NCBI GenBank assembly: GCA_976226885.1 | Contig: OZ320317.1 | Span: forward strand, 95,170,001 to 95,234,000 | Direction of reading: 5' to 3' | DNA length: 64,000 nucleotides | Source: Iphione sp. A-MEVVRFRX5 | Lineage: Eukaryota | Shown: positions 23,901 to 32,162 of the stretch, in pieces | Layout: each line of letters opens with the position of its first letter | How positions within the stretch are numbered: position 1 is the first letter of the stretch | The notes under the pieces: model-generated | Told to the model about the DNA's origin: nothing | Seen by the model: the letters and a program-made list of their open reading frames with translations, nothing else | Database searches by the model: none | Made by a program: the position numbers and the translations under genes

Positions 23901-25217
23901 CGGGGTGCACACCGCGGTCTTCTCCCGGTCTTCTTCCTTGACTTCCACCTGCCAATATCCTGAGGCCAGATCTATAACGGAGAAATATTTCCCCCCAGCC
24001 AAGGCATCCAGGGTGTCGTCGACCCGGGGAATTGGGTATGCGTCCTTCCGTGTCTTCTCGTTCAGCCGTCTAAAATCGATACAGAACCGCCACTCTCCCG
24101 ACTTTTTCTTGACCAGAACAATGGGGGAGGCCCACGGACTCCGCGAAGGTTCTAGCACCCCTTGCGCTACCATCTTCTGCACTTCCTCTTCGACAATCCT
24201 GCGCTTATGAGGAGGGAGCCGCCGGAATCGCTGTCGGACGGGCTCCGCATTCCCCGTGTGAATCTCGTGCTGGATCAGGTCCGTCCGTCCCATTCCTCCT
24301 TCTTTAGTTTGGAACACCCTCCTGTGGTCCCACAGCACCCCGCGAAGGGCCTCCCTCTCGTCCTCCGCAAATTCATCTGACACCGTCTTCATTAATTCTT
24401 GGACGACTTCCCCTCCCGCCTCGGGGTCCTCCGACCTGGTCCCCTTCGTCGCCTCCGGTGACTCCGCAGCCTCCGCCCGTCCCACGGTAGCTCCTCTTCG
24501 TAACCATCGTCCCTCCGCTGACGTGTTCACGCACAGGACGGCCGTCTCCTCGACTCCTCCCGGCAGCAACGATCGGGGTACCCGCAGGCCGTTTTCCACT
24601 TCGAACCGCCTCTCAGGTTCCAACATCCATTGGTCTGCCTCCGCTCCCTCCACTATTACTGGGATGACACTCTTCCCGCTGGCGGCTACCTGCACGTCCC
24701 TGGCCACCCGTACGACGGCAGAAGGGGGATCCTCGGCAGGGAGGCGGAGGACCCCCCTTGCCGTGTCCACCACCGCTCCCCGCTGGCGGAGGACGTCCAT
24801 CCCCAGGATGGCGGCGTACTCCACCTCCGCGACTAACGCCTTGATCAACCACTTCGTCGTTTGGAACTGGACCTCCAGCTCGGTCTCACCTTTGCATTGA
24901 AGGGGGCGGCCGTCGGCGCCCACGATCCTCTGTCCTGGCTTCGGTCGAACTTGCAGCCCGACCTCCTCCGCGACCTGAGGGGCAATAATAGTCGCGGAGG
25001 CCCCCGTGTCCACCAACCACGTCAGGGGCCGCCCCTTCACCGTTCCAGTCAGCGTGAGAGTTCCTGATCTTCGGTCCATCTCCCCGCTTATCTCGTCTTC
25101 CGTTCTATAATCTTCTCCTCCGCCCCTCGTCTCTGCCACCGCAACCCTGGGGATGAGCTCCTCCGCCGTCTCTCCCTCTCCCCCTACTGGGAGGACGGCT
25201 TGTCGTTTTCCGCCGGC
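17985..25217 (-). CDS. pol: Pol polyprotein (protease, RT, RNase H, integrase) plus about 1,150-aa C-terminal extension; frame open from 25217 and probably reached by -1 frameshift
   Basis: LVDTGA protease; RFCIDFRRLN, MPFGL and YLDD RT; ILDTDAS RNase H; H-H-C-C, VDVLGP/HSDQG/VERFN DDE and GPW (GPY/F) integrase; then two C2H2 fingers, an acidic/basic tract and Pro/Gly/Glu repeats. The GTG start in the ORF track is not the likely start. Confidence 0.95.
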   Translation of the reverse strand, partial: AGGKRQAVLPVGGEGETAEELIPRVAVAETRGGGEDYRTEDEISGEMDRRSGTLTLTGTVKGRPLTWLVDTGASATIIAPQVAEEVGLQVRPKPGQRIVGADGRPLQCKGETELEVQFQTTKWLIKALVAEVEYAAILGMDVLRQRGAVVDTARGVLRLPAEDPPSAVVRVARDVQVAASGKSVIPVIVEGAEADQWMLEPERRFEVENGLRVPRSLLPGGVEETAVLCVNTSAEGRWLRRGATVGRAEAAESPEATKGTRSEDPEAGGEVVQELMKTVSDEFAEDEREALRGVLWDHRRVFQTKEGGMGRTDLIQHEIHTGNAEPVRQRFRRLPPHKRRIVEEEVQKMVAQGVLEPSRSPWASPIVLVKKKSGEWRFCIDFRRLNEKTRKDAYPIPRVDDTLDALAGGKYFSVIDLASGYWQVEVKEEDREKTAVCTPGGLYQFKVMPFGLCNAPSTFERLMEVVLCGLIGEGCLVYLDDMIIMGSTVRQMCSRLGEVLGRLEEAGMRVKPKKCQLLRREVTYLGHVVSAEGVRPDPEKVQVVAEWPEPASVKEVRSFLGLASYYRSFIRNFARRAEALHRLLEKGKKFEWGEAQQASFADLRQCLVTAPILGFPTSEGQLILDTDASADGLGAVLSQRQAEGERVLAYASRTLTRPEKRYCVTRKELLAVIFALRKFKTYVSGRKVVIRTDHGSLRWLMHFREPEGQMARWLEEIYCRDVDIIHRAGRVHNNADALSRRPCRQCGRPEGVSEEEDDCAEGVFALQVLPVVQPSEIAAIVGKDERLREVLHRLEEKNGPPEWGPETTWEERRLLMEWARLSADRGQITRRWAAEDGRTWPQTFVPEELRKTCWEEVHSGAFGGHLGPVKTAGLLRTKFFWPGLSRDVQLWGGSCPVCLERRSPPRRKRTRLQQRQPGGPWELIAVDVLGPFPETERQAKYVLVACDHFTKWAEAFPLRTLAAEETASVLVRELICRFGPPRVIHSDQGRNFEARLMAEVLRLCGVEKTRTTPYHPQADGQVERFNRTLQHMLATTVQEHQGDWDLRLPYVTAAYRATPHRTTGYSPNFLALHRETTLPLQLAYGGPESAEEGTPSEFAGELRDRVRAAHRLAFQRMKEGIVRQKDWYNQKVRPIAYSVGEEVYVFHPIKKQGLSPKLQRFWGGPWIVQEALSEAVYRVKKGRRERVVHADLLKPGPRTSAERAAGNSPAEATVTVASARREVLTNRCEAEGSQRYLRGRTTIKPREKPSVESLRIPQPRKMPRRRSSDDKLKCHKCSYVCDRKDNLKRHMKLHAQYGYAWGCPSQRCPEKVFQRKDDLRRHLETKQHDAEGGVKLMRKSRERYYQFFKVEGSSVLRGRPADPSVVEGSPRPAPKKKQAQQERAEAPSTESEAEEGEESAEVATTSEEAEDDRDDWEPQPSTSTARSPPRPPPKKKESKPKKSARQQPPAATGHDDPTPTDETEKSPRSLCRELRDTITGLETRHPATPASSPATVARLVETADKLERAMLGSPAPGVVLRSSPLAKRRLAEDPKKSEGAKRGRGKGPTLSPLVGRLGGQLPKVPSPLLMEERTPPALPEEAASPRLVTPEVTKAKTGRISALSTPSMPPTPENLSELVKRMQEEGGPRAPPARVDEVAAMFKAMFGDSIVVSVPAGDGAGSTEKMKGSSSEEELAAKLPASGDDEEAAPGDQELAGPPELQYVEVGGILEVHEAVTPEAPPRVPTEPPRGANDAPRAGPDPKKMAAEVLQWEAQQAIATVRAMELRQEEQGEAAEGRPLTRPGLPGTPSTVARRATTPPGIPSGTGESSLPTQGGPPLTGPPRQGGPPPPGTSRAKQPMTTEGPQEEEGTPRDQQQIPSPALPQGREEHDGSARPAPADLEEAKKGTEASTLGQELPPRPEGDEHGGGTRPVSPHDGQRVDGSEPDPLPGDQREDGLQGDDQEAETPPHQQSDETREGTRPAPPQVEPHETSAGDSTREPDPSTPPRVGEPEGESEPTRPSVEGRGGSAEPLPRRKGDEHGEGARPVPPHVERRGTGAEGDIREVEPSPRPRTEEPEEGTRPVPPRGGPHEGVSSGTTPEKGPPPRRRGDEYGEEIRPVPPHIERRWTDAEGDTEEAGPSPVGRGEGTRPVLPRGAPVEGTSAGTALEIEPPPRPGGDEHGEGTRPVPPHTERRGIEAEGDNRGVRPSPRRRKGGRGEETRPVPPRGGPHEGASPSTTPGKEPPPRRGEDEYGGGARPVPPHNERRLPTADSDPHLAEGGGATNQTATPPSSGPHGPERRQRRRTISREAARRPSDDRQEAEIWARWAAARQITCDADPPQGWSIRTSKGRSRLARSADGLVIGVRHELSLAREAEAADAQTLSRWFGRSTEIPEELSLEEFIFELSVDKDCAVVEADEVFSVTRDEFV
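21234..21398 (-). other. Two tandem C2H2 zinc fingers within the pol frame
   Basis: CHKCSYVCDRKDNLKRHMKLH and CPSQRCPEKVFQRKDDLRRHLETKQH; in-frame Met (MPRRRSS) at 21434. Confidence 0.9.
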
Positions 25218-26440
25218 TTAGGTTTCTCTGGACACTCCCGTCTAAAGTGCCCCTCCTTCCCGCAACGGAAACATCCTGTCTTCTTTTGACCTCCAGAAGT
25301 CTTCCACTTCCCCTCCAGACTTTCGATGCGTTCGGCCAACTTTAGGAGTAGCTCCTCCGTTGCTGTGGGGGTAGGCCCTGGTGCCACTTTGTTCACCTCC
25401 GCTGTTACCAACGCATTGCACCCTGCTCGGACACTGCTGCCTGTGCTCTTCCTACCTTCCCTCTCTTCCCGGTTTTTGTAGTAAGCTTCTGCAAAGGCTG
25501 CCTCGGAGACTGCGGCCCGGAATCCTTCCACCCTCTTCTGGACGATCCACTGCCTGATGCGCTCGTCCCTCACCGCCTGCACGAAACTTTCTCGGCATAA
25601 CTCCTCCGCCCAATGGCCCTTGATCCCGGGATAAGCCCTCCGGACTAAACGCTCTACTTCGTCGGCTAATTGGAGGAGGTCCTCCCCTGCCTTCTGCCTG
25701 TAAGACTTGAGTCTCTGCTTGTAGAGGTCAACCTGCTCAGGGGACTGGAATCTGGCGGCCAAGGTCTTGACTAGGGTGCGGAATGCCGCCCGTGCGTTGA
25801 CATCTATTCTAGCTGCTCTCATGGCTGCCCGCGCCGGACCCCGGAGGCAAACTCCCAGCTGCACTGCTTTCTCGCGGCTTCCCCACTTATTTGCCATCGC
25901 CACTAAGTTGAAGTGGTGGAGGTAGTCCTCCCAATCCTGGGTCCCGTCAAAAGACTCTGGCTTGACCCTGCCTCGCTGAGCCCCACCTACCTCCACCACG
26001 GCGACTTCCTCCTCCTCCTCCGCCGACTCCTCACCGCTGGTAATATCCAGTTCGGGATCTGAGTTGGACTCAGAGAAAGTTCCGTCCACCACTGTGGACC
26101 TTCCCGCGGGTGCCACCGCATCCTGGGGCTCCCGCGGGGGAATTGCCTCCGCTGCCTCCGCAGCCGGGCCCTGAGGGCCGTCTGCCTCCGTCCCCTCCCC
26201 GCCGCCCCACAAGCGGGATGGGGTCCGAGCCGGCCGCTCGGGCCTTCCTCCTTGTTGTTCCTCCACGTCGTCGACTCGGCGCCCTCCTCCTCCACTACGA
26301 GTTACTCTTCTCTCGGGTTCGTCTCCTTCCATGGGTCGTCGGGCCGACGCCGAGTGCTTAGCAGATGAAGGGTCCTGAGTTTCCTGGTCCCTTCCTCGGC
26401 GCCGGATCCCACCGCTGCCACCAATGTTAGCTTCCGCCAT
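25184..26440 (-). CDS. gag: Gag (418 aa)
   Basis: Capsid-like FDGTQDWEDYLHHF...W...K...L...LRG block and CCHC knuckle CFRCGKEGHFRREC. Confidence 0.93.
   Translation of the reverse strand: MAEANIGGSGGIRRRGRDQETQDPSSAKHSASARRPMEGDEPERRVTRSGGGGRRVDDVEEQQGGRPERPARTPSRLWGGGEGTEADGPQGPAAEAAEAIPPREPQDAVAPAGRSTVVDGTFSESNSDPELDITSGEESAEEEEEVAVVEVGGAQRGRVKPESFDGTQDWEDYLHHFNLVAMANKWGSREKAVQLGVCLRGPARAAMRAARIDVNARAAFRTLVKTLAARFQSPEQVDLYKQRLKSYRQKAGEDLLQLADEVERLVRRAYPGIKGHWAEELCRESFVQAVRDERIRQWIVQKRVEGFRAAVSEAAFAEAYYKNREEREGRKSTGSSVRAGCNALVTAEVNKVAPGPTPTATEELLLKLAERIESLEGKWKTSGGQKKTGCFRCGKEGHFRRECPEKPKPAENDKPSSQ
26406..26423 (-). other. Primer binding site, tRNA-Leu
   Basis: Plus strand ATCCCACCGCTGCCACCA equals the 3' 18 nt of eukaryotic tRNA-Leu(AAG/UAG type) including CCA, 1 nt from the 5' LTR. 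Confidence 0.9.
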
Positions 26441-26712
26441 TATGAATAAAGAAGTTCCACTCCGCGAGTAAAGATGACTTGTAATTTATTTCTGAAGAGC
26501 ACATGCAACGACAATCCAACAACAGCAACTGAACTCCGACCTCCGCCGCTCGCACTTATATACACAAAGCAATCCCTCCGCGGTACCTCCGCCCCTCCGC
26601 CCTCCGCCAAATCCAGACTAGCTTCCCGTCCCTCCGCCCCTTTCCTGAACAAACCCTCCGACATCACGTAACATCCCTCCGCCCAACAACAAGTAACAAT
26701 CCTCCGCCAACA
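26425..26712 (-). promoter_or_regulatory. 5' LTR with TATA box, polyA signal and 9 GCGGAG motifs
   Basis: Minus strand TATATAA at 26562-26556, AATAAA at 26490-26485; CTCCGC (plus) at 26460, 26541, 26576, 26587, 26595, 26602, 26632, 26677 and 26702. Confidence 0.95.
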
Positions 26713-27587
26713 ATACTATCCAACACATAACTTGTATGAGAAACTGAATGATATGCTTAAGTTGTGAGTGAGGCCAGGTTTATTGCTCCATAAACTTTGG
26801 TACCCAAATGGTATGAGATATGCTTCAACCTGTAGCATGATTAAAAATTTGAATGATATGCTAACAAGTGCATCAGGTACCACATAGTGGAAGTCCAGAG
26901 ACGTTGCTGCACATGTAAGGTCTGATAGTATTTAAACCAGTAGAAGATGCAGTCACTACCATCACTTCTCCTCTGGCCACATTCACCTGCATCAAGAAGC
27001 AGAACAAAATGGAATGCATATCTGCATTCAGGATAATAGCTATATGTTACGTTTAGACAGTATGGTTCTTGTAATTAAAGGGTTTTTTTTTGTTTCCTTG
27101 ACCAAGGTAAGATCATATTTTGCATTTTTGAAAATCATGTATTAATAATTCTGATGTGGGATCAGCATTCATTTGTGGAAGCTGAGGGCAAGTGCTATTT
27201 TTTTTCATAGAAATTATATGCAGTGAGAAAACATTTCACATCATCGAACATATGTTACACAGTCTTCCTTTAGGACAGGCTGAGCTGCATCCACTTTGGC
27301 CGACCTCCTGACTGGAAGAGGGGGGGTGCTGGTGGTTGGGGAAGAGGAGGATGGTTTTGGCCTGACCTGCTGACTAGACCAGGGGTGCTGGTAGTTGGGG
27401 AGGAGGAGGACAGCATTAAGTGAAGGTCATATCATCTGTTACACTGTTCAGCAGTATAAGCAGCTATGACCTCAACTGATAATAATATGTCAACAAATAC
27501 ATACATGTACACATTTACTCATAAATACAGAGGATATTAAAAAACAAAAGAGTGCTGTTTCAGCAAAAATCATTCGAATTTTGGATA

Positions 27588-28735
27588 CAGTGAAACCTCT
27601 CTACAGCGGACATCAATGGGACTGTGGTCAAACCATCCATTGTCGAGGGTGTCCGCTGTGTCTGAGCTTGCCCGTCTCCTTCTCTCTCTATCATGTACAC
27701 CCCCCTCCTTCCAATAGAGTTTAATAGGCAATAATTATAGACCAATACATGTATTATAAAAATAAAAAATAAGCAAGAGGTCACACCTCTCCCCAGTGTG
27801 GAGACTCACCAAAGGAGTGGGTAGGAGAGCCTTCTCCAAGGTGCCAGGACAAGGTCGCACCTCTCTGTAGTGTGGGTAGTCATCAAAGAATTGGTAGGAG
27901 CGCCTTCTCCAGGGTGTCAGGACAAGGTTGCATCTCTCTGGGGTGGGGGTAGTCATCAAAAGGGTGGGTAGGCAAGCCTTCTCCAAGGTGTCAAGACAAG
28001 GTTGCATCTCTCTGTGGTGTGGCTAGTCATCAAAGAAATGGGTAGGAGAGCCTTTTTCAGGGTGTCAGGACAAGGTCGCACCTCTCTGTGGTGTGGGTAG
28101 TCATCAAAGGACTGGGTGGAAGAGCCTTCTCCAAGCTGTCAGGACAAGGTCGCACCTCTCTGTGGTGTGGGTAGTCATCAAAGAAATGGGTAGGAGAGCC
28201 TTCTCCAGGGTGTCAGGACAAGGTCGCACCTCTCTGTGGTGTGGGTAGTCATCAAAGGACTGGGTAGAAGAGCCTTCTCCAAGCTGTCAGGACAAGGTCG
28301 CACCTCTCTGTGGTGTGGGTAGTCATCAAAGAAATGGGTAGGAGAGCCTTCTCCAGGGTGTCAGGACAAGGTCGCACCTCTCTGTGGTGTGGGTAGTCAT
28401 CAAAGGACTGGGTAGAAGAGCCTTCTCCATGGTGTCAGGACAAAGTCGCACCTCTCTGTGGTGAGGGTAGTCATCAAAGAAGTGGGTAGGAGAGCCTTCT
28501 CCAAGGTTTCAGGACAAGGCTACAGTTGTGTGTGTCTGCTATAGACCCTGTGAAATCAGTATTTGGGACTTTAAAATGGGTGTCTAGAGGCAGGGTGTCC
28601 ACTGTAGCTGAGTGTCCGCTGTGTCCGAGCAGTAATAAACATGATATACAGGGATTTCATTTGGGACTGTCGACCAGGCGTCCATTGTAGGGGTGGTCTG
28701 CTGTGCCCAGGCATCCGTTGTCAGGGTCTCCACTG
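27588..28735. mobile_element. TA-flanked Tc1/pogo-type MITE enclosing a minisatellite
   Basis: TA|CAGTGAAACC ... GGTCTCCACTG|TA with internal tgtccgctgt sub-repeats; could be two partial copies. Confidence 0.55.
27770..28520. repeat. 74-bp minisatellite with alternating A/B units (148-bp higher-order repeat)
   Basis: aggacaaggt recurs at 28141, 28215 and 28289; about 10 units. Confidence 0.92.
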
Positions 28736-28769
28736 TATTTTGGTTTTCAAATTGTGGCCAAAGTGGTCC

Positions 28770-28905
28770 CAAAATCATCAAACTCAGGCCAACTCATGCA
28801 AAATTCAGCCAAATTCGTCTGAAAATTGGGGAAACTCGGCCAAATTCATCTAAAATTTGGCAAAAATCTGCCAAATTCATCAAAAACTTTGTGAAACTCA
28901 GGTAG
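28770..28905. repeat. About 27-bp degenerate tandem repeat
   Basis: aaactcagccaaattcatc-like units; reverse complement of 34570-34720. Confidence 0.7.
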
Positions 28906-29004
28906 GAGGTGTGAACTCTTCAATGAGTAGCTCTCCCTTTGATTTATAACAAACTTGTTGGAGTGCGGTGATGGGTGGTCAACACCTAGAGGAGGCACGA
29001 CAGT

Positions 29005-29183
29005 GGCAGGATTTGTATTTGGTTTTCGGGTTAAATTTCAATGTATTTGTACCAAATAATAGTGTTCGGATTCAGAAATTGAATATTTCAGTTATATGAG
29101 TAGCTATATAGAGAAAACGATCCATTGGAGGGCAAAGTTCAAAAATTCGGTTTTTGAATGTTCGGTTTTGGAGTATCCTCTGT
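29005..29183 (-). mobile_element. Diverged left end of the MITE family seen at 44720 and 48313
   Basis: Minus strand tacagaggatactccaaaaccgaaca...cgttttctctatatagctactcatataactgaaatat aligns by eye to the left ends of those elements. Confidence 0.65.
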
Positions 29184-30181
29184 ACATGTTCATACACTGA
29201 CCTTCAATAAATTCAATTTGACAGGTGAGTTTCTGCAAATTAGATGGACTGGAGTAACAATTGCCCATGCTACTACCACCATATCAGGTGCATATAATGA
29301 TGTTTATTGCAAGCATTGTCCATGTTACAAAGTCGGTACATATAAAATAAACGACATACAATAAACTGCATTTGCACAGAAACTTCCTGGCAACACTATT
29401 AATGACAAGCACTGTACATGTACAATGTACCTACATGTACATAAACAGAGGGGAAAAAAAAGACTGCTCTGTTTTGCATAATTCCGTATTTCACAGCATA
29501 CATGCATTAACAACCTGCCTGGATCTGAATGATTCACACTAAAAATCAACAGGTTTTACCAGGAATGGACCTGTCTATATATTTGCTGCTACCAACCAAA
29601 CCCTTTTGAATGCTATGATAACAAGTATTTTTTATATAATTTTGTGTCAATAAAAATAAAGAAATTTTTTTCTAATTCTGATGGCCATTATACAACTGAC
29701 TGCTATTAACCATTTACATGGTGAGATATAACTAGCATTGTGTCAATAAGGACAATCTATACCGTAGACTTAAATCATACACACCTGTAAGAAGTTACTT
29801 TTGGTAATATCTAATGAACTGGACCAACAAGTCGGCTTTGAAAATCAGCATTTTCACTGATTACAATATGCGCTTACTGTTTGGTACAGGCAACAACTGT
29901 ACTTAAGTGGAGAAATAAATTTGTCTGATTCCTATTTTACTGAGATTCATTTTAAGCAAACACATTTACATGGATAATAGATAAGGAAAGCTGGCCAAAA
30001 AAGTAACATTACATTCATCTGGAGGTAATGGATGTTATCAAATAGACACTAATATAAAATACTGAAAGACTTAGCATTGGACACAGGAGTGTCATCTTTA
30101 CTCAAGTTCAAAGCAATTGCTAATGATAAGGAAATTTTAAATTAATTGAACGCATTATGATCAATCCATTGGTTTTCACTG

Positions 30182-31254
30182 TTAGTAGCGGACTAACACC
30201 TGCATCTGTGATAATTTAAAGACCGTCTGTGCGTTGGGATCTTTCAATTGATCTTTCAATGGACTGAGCAAGTCACCATAGTTCAGGTAGTTGGTGAGGC
30301 CTGGGGGTATGGCGAGCCGCTCATGGATGGAACAAGGCAATGTCCTCATACACCTGAGCAGCTCCCTGCGACTCTGTGTGGCCAGGCTCAGTGGTCTGTG
30401 CAGCGAGCGTTCTGCCCAGTTGCGGACTGCCTCATCCGCCTGTGCACCCGCGGCCAGGCCTCCTGTCCTCAGGTTGTGACGTAAGGCTCTGACGTCACAG
30501 CCTGCTTGTACCAAAAGGTCGGCAACTTGCAATTTCCCTCCTTGCACTGCCACCTCTACTGGGGACAGCTGCTCCATGGTGCCTCCGTTGGGGGTGGCCA
30601 CGCTGCTCTTGGGTGCGTTAATGTCACACTTGGCGAGTATGAGGAGAGCGACAGTTTCTGTATCACTGTGGTTAATAGCATCAATAAGTGGACGGTTACC
30701 TTGGAAGTCGGTGGCATCCACGGTGGCCCCCTTTAAGAGCAGCTCACTAACAAAGTCTGGTCTGCTTTGTCGAACTGCATAATGCAGAACACTCTGTCCA
30801 GTGCGGTCGACTGAATTGACATTGGCTCCTGCCTTGACTAGCTCCATTGCTGTGTTGACATGGCCATGCATAGTGGCCAACAGAAGTGGCGTCAATCCCC
30901 AAATGTTCTCCTGGTCAACAGTGGCTGAAAAGTTGCAGAGAAGATGAACACAATCGCGTCTACCGAGGCGGGCTGCATAGTGTAGGGCAGTGTCGTTCTC
31001 TGGACCGTGTGCATGCAAATCACATGTTTGTGTGCTCAGTATAGCATTGACCAGCCTTGCATAACCCCTCAAAGTAGCCAGCATGAGTGGGGTATCCCCA
31101 AAATGGTCCTGAGTAGTTGTGCTGCATTTATGCTTCAGGAGAAGTGTGGTCATGGTCACACGCTTGTTCCAGACAGCCAGATGAAGAGCGGTTCTACCAT
31201 TCTTTGTTGTAAGGTTGAGGTCACAATTGTTCTCCAGGAGAAGTTTCATTACAT
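30182..31254 (-). CDS. Ankyrin-repeat and SOCS-box protein (ASB-like), last exon
   Basis: Multiple ankyrin repeats (GRTALHLA, GDTPLMLA, DTALHYAA, GLTPLLLA, GQSVLHYA, GNRPLIDA); SOCS box PLSLATQSRRELLRCM...LAIPPGLTNYL; acceptor ccttttacag| at 31255. Confidence 0.9.
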
Positions 31255-32008
31255 CTGTAAAAGGCATAGAATATTGCAGATGCCTATAGTGTCATAATTT
31301 ATAGCACTGTGCATCACTCTTTTTATCTTTATAAGTATACCTCTCCTATCAAATCCTCTGGGAACAAATTAACCCTCTTTATAACAAACTTACACTTTAT
31401 ATTACAAGACATAGTAATTTTAGATCAAATGTGAAGGTCTCCAATGACTAAATATAATACTTTTGTCTATGAAGTTTCTGATAATGAAAGGACCTCTTGG
31501 AACACATCTACTTTGCCATGGGATGTATACCTGTATTTTATCCACAGGTAATACTATTATTCAGAAGAAAAAGTTTTCAGGTCTAACTATAATCCATCTA
31601 AATAGGGCTTGTTTCTTTTCTCTTTACATAATGCAGTTCTTTATTATGACAACAAAAGAAGGGTCACCAGAATGTCTTGCAATGTCTGCAGCCAGACCAC
31701 CGATTTCTTGAGATGGGGGTCAGTTTTTGAACCAAGTGGACAATGCTGGGGTAGACAATAGCCTAGGAACTACTTCAGTTTCAGATTAACTTTCTGTTTA
31801 TTTCATTTTGGTCATCAATTGACATCATGATAAACTGGGGTATCTCTACTATTGTTCTTTGGTAAAAGTAGATCTATAGTTGTTCGCACTTGAAGAGAGA
31901 ATTCATTCAGTATTTTGTATGGCTTGACAGGCTACTTTGGCTGCACAGATAGTGTTGAAACCAATGATAATGCACGGCCCTTGGTTAACAGAGACTGGTT
32001 TTCCTTAC

Positions 32009-32162
32009 CAACGTGATTCTTGAGGGTGGCAATCATCAGCGGAGTCCTGCCACTCACATCCTGGACGTTGACACTGGCACCCTCTGCCAGCAGAAGGCGA
32101 CACAGTTCCATGTCACCATGACAGGAAGCGTGAAGCAGGTTGCGTTTCATGTTTGGCTTCAT
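32009..32162 (-). CDS. ASB-like gene, first coding exon
   Basis: MKPNMKRNLLHASCHGDMELCRLLLAEGASVNVQDVSGRTPLMIATLKNHV ankyrin repeats; donor G|gtaagg is phase-compatible with the next exon. Confidence 0.82.

Larger units (their letters stand above)
17686..26712 (-). mobile_element. Intact Ty3/Gypsy LTR retrotransposon with extended pol
   Basis: Two 288-bp TG...CA LTRs, 4-bp TSD ATAC (17682-17685 and 26713-26716), PBS, PPT, gag, and PR-RT-RH-IN domain order with no stops. Confidence 0.98.

Noticed and set aside
18103-26361. Many long overlapping ORFs on both strands within the retrotransposon (e.g. 505 aa at 19564-21081)
   Set aside because: Expected shadows of a GC-rich, stop-poor coding strand; low-complexity translations with no motifs
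27770-28520. CRISPR-like arrays (also 44885-45304, 5625-6080, 57068-57610)
   Set aside because: Head-to-tail minisatellites with no unique spacers and no cas genes, in eukaryotic DNA
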